From Yuukianura sp. NJ FZ-2021 (lineage: Eukaryota): a stretch of 64,000 bases of DNA. Under the pieces are notes generated by a model. The model saw only the letters and a list, made by a program, of their open reading frames with translations. It was not told the DNA's origin and did no database searches. The translations under genes and the position numbers were made by a program. Positions 56,301-64,000 of this stretch are shown here, piece by piece; within the stretch, counting starts at the first letter, position 1, and every line of letters begins with the position of its first letter. Location of the stretch: contig CM102287.1 of the NCBI GenBank assembly GCA_046563655.1, forward strand, positions 1,860,001-1,924,000, given 5' to 3'.

Positions 56301-57926
56301 GATTTTCAGGAGAGTGATCCACCAGAGAAAATTACAAAACGGGTCATTCTCTCCAGTGTACAGAAAATTTTCGATCCCATTGGATACTTGTGCCCAGTTC
56401 TAGTTCTTCCAAAAGTGATTCTTCAGGAAACTTGGACGTGCAAAGTTGGATGGGACCAAGAGCTTCCAGAAACGTTGTGCTCAAGATTTATGACATGGTG
56501 GGAAGATCTACGAGCCGTCAACGAGATTGAAATTCCAAGAAATGTGACGGGGGGAATCTCAAACCAGTCAACTTGGCAACTACACTGTTTCTGCGATGCT
56601 TCCAAACTGGCCTTCGCGGCAGTTGTCTTCCTCAGATGTGAAAACGAACGGGAAGTCAGTGTCAATTTACTCCAAGCAAGATCCAGGGCTGCACCAATCA
56701 AATCAATTTCAATTCCTCGCCTCGAACTCATGGCATGTCTCATCGGGGCAAGGCTGACGAAGTCGGTGACAACCGCCTTGGATTTGTCTAACCTAACTAC
56801 GTTCTGGAGCGACTCCTCTACTGCCTTGGCATGGATCCAGGGAGACAACAGTTGGGGAACGTTTGTTGGGAACCGGGTGAGGGACATCTTAAAAATTACC
56901 AATTCAGGGGATTGGCGTTTCGTTCCAGGCACCTTAAACCCAGCAGATTTGCCTTCAAGGGGATGCTCGGCAACCGAACTACAAAAATTCAAATGGTGGG
57001 AAGGACCCGAATGGCTAAAAGAGAAGAAGGAGCACTGGCCGAATTCAAGTTTCACTCCAGATCAGGATTTGGTGAATGTGGAACTCAAAAAGTGCAGCGT
57101 CACATCGGCTGTTGCTACAGAAATTGTCATTCCGTGGTTCCTCAGAAGATTCTCATCACTTAAGAAAAACATCAACGTCATAGGATTCATCCTTCGTTTC
57201 ATTCAAAATTGTACTAGTCCAAAGGACAGAAGAATCGATGGCCCTTTGACGATTCCAGAATTGGAGAAAGCGGAACTGAAAATTGTGAAACTAGTCCAGT
57301 CAGAAGCATTTCCGGAGTCAGGAGACATAATCAAAGGAATTCACACCATTCGTGATGCTGACGGTCTCCTCAGACTCAAAACAAGACTTCTGGAGCGTGA
57401 CGACACAATTGGTTTCCGACTACCACTAATTTTACCCAACTCTCATTTATTTACAGATCAGCTGATTAGAGAAGTTCATTTGGAAAACAGTCACGGAGGA
57501 ACTCAGTTTCTCATTTCAAGACTCCGTGAGAAATTCTGGATCTTCCAGATGAGACGGGCAGTCAGCAAGATCGTTTCAAGATGTGTGAAGTGTCGTCGCT
57601 TTCAATCAAAACCATACGCCGACACTGGACTACCAACATTGCCTGGAGCACGGGTGAACACTACCAAAGTGTTTGAAGTGACGGGAGTGGACTTAGCAGG
57701 TCCTATGTACCTCAAGGGTGGTGACAAGGTTTGGATCCTACTTGCCACTTGTGCAGTCTACCGTGCTGTTCATCTGGAGCTACTAACGTCACTCAGCACA
57801 GAATGCTTCATCTTGGGCTTCCAGAGATTCATCAACAGAAGAGGACGTGTCAAAACAGTCTACTCCGACAATGGGACGAACTTCCGAGGAGCAGACAACC
57901 TCTTTGCAAAGCTCGACTGGGTCCGA
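53394..57926 (+). pseudogene. BEL/Pao gag-pol (Gag DUF1759-like, three zinc knuckles, protease, RT, RNase H, partial integrase) with in-frame stop at 54555-54557
   Basis: KLPKISIKKFDGD..W..FW gag; CLFCDKPHDTQNC, CGQY..GHFAKNC and CFICQTKHPTVMC knuckles; IIDSGSQRSYI protease; YYLPHRAV..RPVFDAS, ADIRKAF, YVDN RT; FCDAS, IPRLEL, WSDS, NPADLPSRG RNase H; H..H..CVKC, VDLAGP, SDNGTNF integrase. The two listed ORFs share one frame across the TAA. Confidence 0.93.
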
Positions 57927-58301
57927 TGTAACGCCCTCCGACGCTAGAACAACTGGAAAACAATCCTCACCAGACTCTCTCTGAGCCCACAGGCTCCCAG
58001 ACCCAAATAACCTCCAGAAATCACCACTGCAAAACCATCGACGAATAATAAATATAGGTATATATTTATTGAGTCGATGAATAATATACACTGAAACAAC
58101 TGCTAAATACTGATCATAACTACCGATCGCTCCAACTCACTCAATAGCCAATCCAAGACTAACTCTAATACACTAAATCTCCTCTCTCTCTAAAACCACA
58201 CCGCATCTCAAAACTCCCGCGACTCTCTCGCCGCATCTCTACCAAATCTCAATAAGACATAATCCTATGGCTACTAAACCTACGCAGCGACGCCCAACAC
58301 A
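57927..58301 (-). repeat. 3' LTR of the Gypsy element (375 bp)
   Basis: Minus strand reads TGTGTTGGGCG...GGGCGTTACA. It is preceded by the PPT, contains AATAAA at 58065-58070, and ends exactly where BEL integrase homology stops. Confidence 0.85.
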
Positions 58302-58311
58302 TTCCCCTCCA
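58302..58311 (-). promoter_or_regulatory. Polypurine tract (TGGAGGGGAA)
   Basis: Purine run directly abutting the TG of the 3' LTR. Confidence 0.8.
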
Positions 58312-58342
58312 GATGATGGGTGTCGTCCCTGGCCGACATCCA

Positions 58343-60262
58343 TCAGCGACGAACTCGGGCGGCGGCTGCTCCATCCTCGTCTCTCTGCTCTCTCCTCTCC
58401 CGTCGACGAACTTGGCGCTCAGCGTAGTCCCCACGACGAGCAATGTTGATCCTCGCATTGTCTTTCTTCCTTCTCCACTGGTACTTGGCGATGGCCTCAG
58501 CACGAGTAAATCCATGTCGACGATACCAACACTGAACCCACGAATGACGAGACGAACCGCAATGTCCACAACGGTCTGGATTTGGTACATGTCTGGGCTG
58601 TGGAATGTCAACTTCAACGACTACCCTCCCAGGCACTGCTACAACCTCCGGTACTTCCTCCAACTGGTCCAAATCCTCCTGTGGTACGGAAACCTCGAGC
58701 ACATCATCCGCAGCATCTTCATCGTCAGTCACTTCCACTATATCACACTCCACATCAGCCATGTCACTATCTGCCTCTGCATCATCCACTGGTTTGTCCT
58801 CTTCCATAGGCTCGTCCGACACATCTGACAAAATCGAAGTATCTGAGATGACAGATAAGTTGTCGTCGGCAATTACTGGCACACTCTCACTAATATTTAC
58901 ACTTGAATTTACAGTAGGCACAACGGTAGTTTGACCCTGGCTCTGCACTGTAGGAATGACCATGGGTACATCCCAGTCATCATAGTCCACTGGCACTAAA
59001 TTAGCACTTGAACTGACGGAGGCCGATGAATCGACTCCCATGGGACTTACACTTACAGTCTGACTTTCAGCTGTAATTTTTAGCAACTTATACAAATGAT
59101 CACTGCTAAGATCCACTTTCCCAAGGATCTTAGTTAATTCTGACGAATCAACTGGCAACTTTTTAGCTATGTTAACACATAACTCGTCGATAAGCACATC
59201 TCCTGGTTGACGATCACAAGAACGAGCTACTTGTGATCTCCACTCAAAAATTTTGAAAAGTACAGCCGAATTTAGACCCTCCTGAGCAAACCGCTGAACT
59301 AATGCAGATGAAGTAGGATGTTGCTTGATTATGTACATTTTTTTGCACATCACATTGCACTTAGCCACTGCACTCTGCCACTTCTCCCTAAACTGTACAA
59401 ATGGGTACTTAACTCTAAGCACTCTCCAGACTCGCAAAAGAAGATGAGTATCGCTCCTAGCGTACTCCAGCATATCCGAATGCATTCTTGTAAGGGGCCG
59501 AATACGAAAATCACTCAACTGACAATCCTTCGGAACTGACACTTCCGAGCCAAGATAAAAATGAACTAATTTGTCAAATCCAATTGGTTGACCACCACAA
59601 AACTCTTTATGTACCACTTGAACGTCAATCACTCCAACCATGAAAACTTGAAATTGCATCTGTAGAGCAAGTAGATCATTGTCACTTCCATGAAAAACTT
59701 TCAGATACTCACTGTCATGGAAAATTTCTTTGAGTTGATCACACTGATGCACCAACTCGAAAGTATCGATGAGATAATCACCTCCACAAACTGATATTTG
59801 TAACAGTGAGATATATCGGTCAATATATCCCTTGTCGAAACTCATTTCTATATCTACAGCCATCACATCACATTCACGAAGATGCTTCATCATTCGTCTA
59901 AATCCACGTTCAGTGTCCACTATAACAAAATTAATGTCCTTACGACGATCCTCGTACCACTTTCCCTTAGCTTCAGTATGTTTAGTCTTCATAAACTCAT
60001 CTAACTTCCAGGAATCAACATCAGATGCAAATGGATGAACACTATAAGGAAACACTGACCATGAATTACGAAGTCTAGCATGACGAAGATAAACTGGGTC
60101 AGATTCCTGTGGTCGCTCTTTAGCTTTACCGTACTTCCGTAGACACAAATTCCGTTTCTGTAGAAAGCTTAGGACCCTCTCTTTAGCACTACTCACTTCA
60201 AGAATCGATCCAGGCATGTTGAGAATGACGGAAGCCAAACACTTATGACTCCCAAATGACAC
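58343..60262 (-). CDS. Gypsy ORF3: Rrp6/EXOSC10 (RNase D family)-like DEDDy 3'-5' exonuclease + HRDC + acidic tract + CCHC zinc knuckle + Arg-rich tail (first ATG at 60217)
   Basis: HPF; ExoI AVDIEM; LLQIS..DYLIDT; ExoII KVFHGSDNDL..LQ; ExoIII QLSDFRIRPL..MLEYARSDTHLLL; HRDC IFEWRSQVARSCD..PGDVL..IAKKLP; knuckle CGHCGSSRHSWVQC. Confidence 0.9.
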   Translation of the reverse strand: MSFGSHKCLASVILNMPGSILEVSSAKERVLSFLQKRNLCLRKYGKAKERPQESDPVYLRHARLRNSWSVFPYSVHPFASDVDSWKLDEFMKTKHTEAKGKWYEDRRKDINFVIVDTERGFRRMMKHLRECDVMAVDIEMSFDKGYIDRYISLLQISVCGGDYLIDTFELVHQCDQLKEIFHDSEYLKVFHGSDNDLLALQMQFQVFMVGVIDVQVVHKEFCGGQPIGFDKLVHFYLGSEVSVPKDCQLSDFRIRPLTRMHSDMLEYARSDTHLLLRVWRVLRVKYPFVQFREKWQSAVAKCNVMCKKMYIIKQHPTSSALVQRFAQEGLNSAVLFKIFEWRSQVARSCDRQPGDVLIDELCVNIAKKLPVDSSELTKILGKVDLSSDHLYKLLKITAESQTVSVSPMGVDSSASVSSSANLVPVDYDDWDVPMVIPTVQSQGQTTVVPTVNSSVNISESVPVIADDNLSVISDTSILSDVSDEPMEEDKPVDDAEADSDMADVECDIVEVTDDEDAADDVLEVSVPQEDLDQLEEVPEVVAVPGRVVVEVDIPQPRHVPNPDRCGHCGSSRHSWVQCWYRRHGFTRAEAIAKYQWRRKKDNARINIARRGDYAERQVRRRERREQRDEDGAAAARVRR

Positions 60263-60294
60263 TTCACTGTAAAGTTGACACTGATGATTGAAGT

Positions 60295-63200
60295 TTAATT
60301 AGTACTCGAATTGTAAGATCTGTAGCCTGCTAAAGTCCTGTAATTAACACGTTGTATGTTTCTTGTTGTTCTCCTCACCGGTAGAGTGTCTGGGTCTGGC
60401 GATTCCTCTGACACGACAGACACCAACGGTACTTTGAACTGCGACTTGCGAACTGTATATGGCTTAAGCTCAGACGCGTGACGCTTACCAAAATAAGTTC
60501 TTTCCGGTAACCTAACCAATTCGAATGTCACTGGTGTCAAAATTTCACTAATTTGAAATGGACCAACGAACCGATGTGACAATTTTTGCATAAATCCTTT
60601 TGCTTTATCAGACTGAACATGACTCTTAGCTAACACAAAATCACCAACTTGAAACGTAGGTTCAATGTGACGCTGGTCGTAGTACTTTTTACTTGCCTCA
60701 TGAGCTTTTTGAATGTTTTGACGCACAAAACTAACAATGTCACTTAACTCTTTAGGAACGCTTGCTAAATCCACTGTTTCTGAATTAATTACACTTTGAT
60801 CACTCTGTAAACTTCTGTCAATAGGTAATGGTATTTCACGTCCTAAATTCAATAATGAAGGTGTCACTTTAGTTGAACTATGCACTGTAGTTCTGAGAGC
60901 TAAAGCGAACTTTTGAAGGTGTATATCCCAACTTCTATGGGTAGCACCTACATAGGCCTGTAACATAGGTTTTAAATCACGATTAACTCTTTCAACTGAG
61001 TTGGCCTGAGCATGATATGGACTAATGCACACATGATTGATTTTCCATTCTTTGGTCATTTTAGCCATTGTTTTAGAGATGAACTGACTTCCATTGTCTG
61101 ACACTATAGTTTTCACTGTTCCATATCTGCAGAATATCTCATCCACAAGCACTTTCACTACTTTATTTGCCGTTGCTTTTCGTATTGGAAAAAGTTCTAC
61201 CCACTTGGAGAGGTCATCTTCAACAACGAACAAATATTCATTGCCATTTGAACTACGGGGTAAAGGACCTAAGAAGTCCACATAAATCTTCTCAAAAACT
61301 TGGGTAGCTGGCTTAGCTCCCTGAAGTAACCCGAATGGTTTATGATTAACACTTTTCACTACTTGACAAACTGGGCATGAACGCACATATTCACTGATGT
61401 CCTTGTTCATATTATGCCAGAAAAATCTCTTCTTAATTTTCACTTTTGTTGCTTTGATCCCTAGATGAGCCGCTTCGGGAACATCATGTAGATTTTGCAA
61501 AATTTTAGGGATTAAGACCCTTGGAACCACTGTCACTAGTAACTCACTTTGTTGAGTTTGAGATACGCTGCGAGCTGCGCCATTAGAGGCTAGGACAACG
61601 TTCTCTAGAGAAATGTCAGAAGCTTGGGGCCCCGTTTCTGCATCTCTCTCTTCTTCGGGATATCCGCAGACTCCCACAGTGGTGCGAAAGCCAAAGTCTT
61701 TGACTCTCTTTTTCAGTAGCCCATTCTTCAGGACGTACTGCTGCTCACTTTTTCCACTTTTCACTGCACGAATAATCTTCTTCAAATCTTCATCTTTTTC
61801 CTGTTCTTCTTTCATCTGCTTGAATGTTGGAGTGTCGAATGACAGTAATGCCGTGGCCATCGGCGAATACATGTACTCTGGGGAATCGTCGTCAAAATCC
61901 AAGTCATCTTCTTGCACTGGAACTGGAGCCCGTGAAAGCGCGTCCGCCTCCACGTTATCCTTCCCTGCTCGATGTTTAATTGGCACTCCCCACGACTTAA
62001 TCTCCACATCCCACAACTGTAACTTCTGTTTTCTTTCTTTCATCTTCTGTAGAAACGACAGGGCTTTGTTGTCTGTGATAATTGTAAATTCTTGACCTTC
62101 TATGTACTCCCTGAGTTTTCGATAAGCCCAAATGATCGCAAACAGCTCCTTTTCGTAAATATGATACCGAATTTCTGAATTTCGTAGAGTCTTGCTTATG
62201 AACATCACTGGTCTCTCAACACCATTAAACACTTGCGTCAAGGCTGCTCCCAACCCTAACATAGACGCATCACACTTTAGCAAAATTGGATGATCATAGT
62301 CCACAGCATGAAGCATGACATCGTTGCACATTGCTTCTTTAATTGCTTCAAATGACTTTTGTTGTTCTGGTCCCCACTGCCACGGTTGAGATTTTCTTAA
62401 AAGTCGATACATAGGTTCTGCCTTTTCTGCAAAATGTTCTATGAAACTGGCGTACCACTGAGCCATTCCATGAAATCGTTGAACTTCTTTCACATTTTTA
62501 GGCGTAGGAAAATCCACAATCGCTTGCACTTTTTTGGGACACTTTTTTAAACCAAGATCTGACAACTTATGACCTAAAACATCAATTTCACGTTGACACA
62601 ACTGAAGTTTTTTGCGACTAAGGGTTAGGCCTGCCAACTTAAGCCTAGTTAACACTTTAGATAGATGCACCATATGCTCGTCCACTGTTTTACTGAAAAT
62701 GATGATGTCATCCATGTATCCCTTCGCAAAGTTAGAAAAACCACGAATCACTCTTCTGATTAACTGTTGGCACGTTTTAGGACTATTTTTGAGCCCAAAC
62801 GGCATCACTAAAAACTCATAATGTCCGTCTTGTGTCACAAATGCTGACTTTTCAACACTATCCGGATGCAACATCACTTGCCAGTAGCCTCTGTCCAAAT
62901 CAAGCACTGAATACCAATGATTAGAAGGAATCGAATGTAAAATGGAATGTGCACTTTCCATTGGAGTTTCATTCGTCTTCGTTTGCTGATTTAAACAAGT
63001 ATAATCCACACAGAGTCTTTGGCTGCCATCTTTCTTCGGTACTAACACAACTGGTGCTGCATACGGTGATCTTGAATCCCGAATTATCCCTTCCTTGAGT
63101 AACTGTTCAATTTGATCATTTATCACCTTCTGAATCGCTGGTGACTTTTTGTAAGGATTCCTCGCAGGCGGGTATCCTTCATCTTCAATAATATGATGAG

Positions 63201-63789
63201 TCCAATCCGTTCTTCCTAATTTTCCATCGTCCCTAACCACAGTCGGGAACTGTTTTAACACTTTTTGCACTTTTTCTTGAATTTCACTATCACTTTCACT
63301 GTTATTGCTTTTTGGCAAAGCAACTGCAAAGTACGCTGAACCAGTCGTACCATGGGCGAAAGCCAAAGTAAATTTATGACTCTCATTCGCACCAAACCAA
63401 AACTGCTTTGACTTTAATCGAAGCACAATGTCGTTCTGAGCAATGTAGTCAGAACCCAAAACACACGGAACAGGAAGAGATTCTGCCACGAAGAACCTAA
63501 ATCTAACTGTTCTCTCCCCGATTTTTATGTACACAAAGGTGAAACCACTTAACTGTAGCTCCTGATTGTTCATTGTCGTTGTAGACTTATTTTCTAAAGG
63601 CACTACAACTGAATTTAACTTTTTACACAAACTTCTTTCAATTAGTGACTGTGAACATCCCGTATCGAAAATAGCCAAGAACTTTGACTCGTACGCAGTC
63701 ACAGTCACAAATGGTATAGTTTCGTCCGAGATTTGAATTAATGTTGGGTGAATGATGGACGACTCGTCATTCCCCTCCTTTAGTTTAAC
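60295..63789 (-). CDS. pol: Gypsy Pol (protease, RT, RNase H, integrase); frame open up to the gag overlap
   Basis: AIFDTGCS; SPYAAPVVLVPKKDGSQRLCVDY, LDLDRGYWQV, MPFGLKNSP, YMDDII; CDAS, EKEL, ITDN, ADALSR; H..H..CPVC, VDFLGP, SDNGSQF, ERVNR, GPF. No stops. Confidence 0.96.
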   Translation of the reverse strand, partial: VKLKEGNDESSIIHPTLIQISDETIPFVTVTAYESKFLAIFDTGCSQSLIERSLCKKLNSVVVPLENKSTTTMNNQELQLSGFTFVYIKIGERTVRFRFFVAESLPVPCVLGSDYIAQNDIVLRLKSKQFWFGANESHKFTLAFAHGTTGSAYFAVALPKSNNSESDSEIQEKVQKVLKQFPTVVRDDGKLGRTDWTHHIIEDEGYPPARNPYKKSPAIQKVINDQIEQLLKEGIIRDSRSPYAAPVVLVPKKDGSQRLCVDYTCLNQQTKTNETPMESAHSILHSIPSNHWYSVLDLDRGYWQVMLHPDSVEKSAFVTQDGHYEFLVMPFGLKNSPKTCQQLIRRVIRGFSNFAKGYMDDIIIFSKTVDEHMVHLSKVLTRLKLAGLTLSRKKLQLCQREIDVLGHKLSDLGLKKCPKKVQAIVDFPTPKNVKEVQRFHGMAQWYASFIEHFAEKAEPMYRLLRKSQPWQWGPEQQKSFEAIKEAMCNDVMLHAVDYDHPILLKCDASMLGLGAALTQVFNGVERPVMFISKTLRNSEIRYHIYEKELFAIIWAYRKLREYIEGQEFTIITDNKALSFLQKMKERKQKLQLWDVEIKSWGVPIKHRAGKDNVEADALSRAPVPVQEDDLDFDDDSPEYMYSPMATALLSFDTPTFKQMKEEQEKDEDLKKIIRAVKSGKSEQQYVLKNGLLKKRVKDFGFRTTVGVCGYPEEERDAETGPQASDISLENVVLASNGAARSVSQTQQSELLVTVVPRVLIPKILQNLHDVPEAAHLGIKATKVKIKKRFFWHNMNKDISEYVRSCPVCQVVKSVNHKPFGLLQGAKPATQVFEKIYVDFLGPLPRSSNGNEYLFVVEDDLSKWVELFPIRKATANKVVKVLVDEIFCRYGTVKTIVSDNGSQFISKTMAKMTKEWKINHVCISPYHAQANSVERVNRDLKPMLQAYVGATHRSWDIHLQKFALALRTTVHSSTKVTPSLLNLGREIPLPIDRSLQSDQSVINSETVDLASVPKELSDIVSFVRQNIQKAHEASKKYYDQRHIEPTFQVGDFVLAKSHVQSDKAKGFMQKLSHRFVGPFQISEILTPVTFELVRLPERTYFGKRHASELKPYTVRKSQFKVPLVSVVSEESPDPDTLPVRRTTRNIQRVNYRTLAGYRSYNSSTN

Positions 63790-64000
63790 TTTTCTTTCAT
63801 ATTTGTAGAAGTAGAAGGCCCTTGAGCCTGGTTCACATCTTCACTTTGAGCCACAGCTTTCTTAGCCGCCTCACTAAATGATACTAGAGCCGCACCCATG
63901 TTCGTAGGACACTGAAACTGTCGATGACCGTAACCACTACATTTGTAGCACTGTACGTCTTCTGGATTCACTGGCTGCGAATTACCATTCCCACGACCAT
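63780..64000 (-). CDS. gag: Gypsy Gag C-terminus (5'-partial) with CCHC zinc knuckle
   Basis: CYKCSGYGHRQFQC; the frame is open to the window edge; stop at 63782-63780. Confidence 0.88.
   Translation of the reverse strand, partial: GRGNGNSQPVNPEDVQCYKCSGYGHRQFQCPTNMGAALVSFSEAAKKAVAQSEDVNQAQGPSTSTNMKEKLN
63783..63789 (-). promoter_or_regulatory. Putative -1 ribosomal frameshift heptamer G TTA AAC at the gag/pol overlap
   Basis: Immediately precedes the gag TAA; pol is in the -1 frame and has no ATG upstream of the protease motif. Confidence 0.65.

Larger units (their letters stand above)
52843..57926 (+). mobile_element. BEL/Pao LTR retrotransposon inserted in the satellite, interrupted in integrase by the Gypsy element
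   Basis: The satellite stops at ...ccagga (52842) and is followed by TGTTAG..., a PBS and a BEL-type gag-pol. Confidence 0.93.
57927..64000 (-). mobile_element. Ty3/Gypsy LTR retrotransposon with three ORFs (gag, pol, exonuclease ORF3); 5' part lies outside the window
   Basis: On the minus strand: gag end, pol (PR-RT-RH-INT order), ORF3, PPT and a TG...CA LTR. Confidence 0.95.

Noticed and set aside
58343..60262. ORF3 as a host Rrp6 gene or an Env
   Set aside because: It is intronless and enclosed by pol and the PPT/LTR, and it lacks signal peptide, TM and fusion-protein features.
294..62821. Short antisense or alternate-frame ORFs overlapping the main genes (e.g. 294-593, 10677-10991, 56423-57055, 58249-58934, 61613-62095), plus 4085-4294 and 4996-5196
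   Set aside because: They have no motifs and are shadows of the real coding frames or random AT-rich ORFs.

Overview
Eukaryotic DNA, probably from an invertebrate animal (inferred from short 64-81 nt GT-AG introns and the transposon families present). It consists entirely of mobile elements and satellite DNA. From left to right: (1) 1-5.2 kb is the 3' part of a Helentron-type rolling-circle transposon (spliced PIF1 helicase fused to an AP endonuclease), with a 4-exon RPA70-like OB-fold gene and a Ulp1-like protease ORF beside it. (2) 5.2-52.8 kb is a 508-bp tandem satellite, about 8 units on the minus strand and then about 80 on the plus strand. A 5'-truncated RT+RLE (CRE-like) non-LTR retrotransposon sits next to the inversion point. 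(3) 52.8-57.9 kb is a decayed BEL/Pao LTR element inserted in the satellite. (4) 57.9-64 kb is an intact-looking Ty3/Gypsy element nested in the BEL integrase. The best candidate for a new system is the Gypsy third ORF: in the env position, between pol and the PPT/3' LTR, it encodes an Rrp6/EXOSC10-like DEDDy exonuclease plus HRDC domain with intact catalytic residues, fused to an acidic tract, a CCHC zinc knuckle and an Arg-rich tail. Second is the satellite unit, 87% of which is a 147-codon ORF whose between-copy variants look enriched for synonymous changes. All calls come from motif reading by eye; no searches were run.
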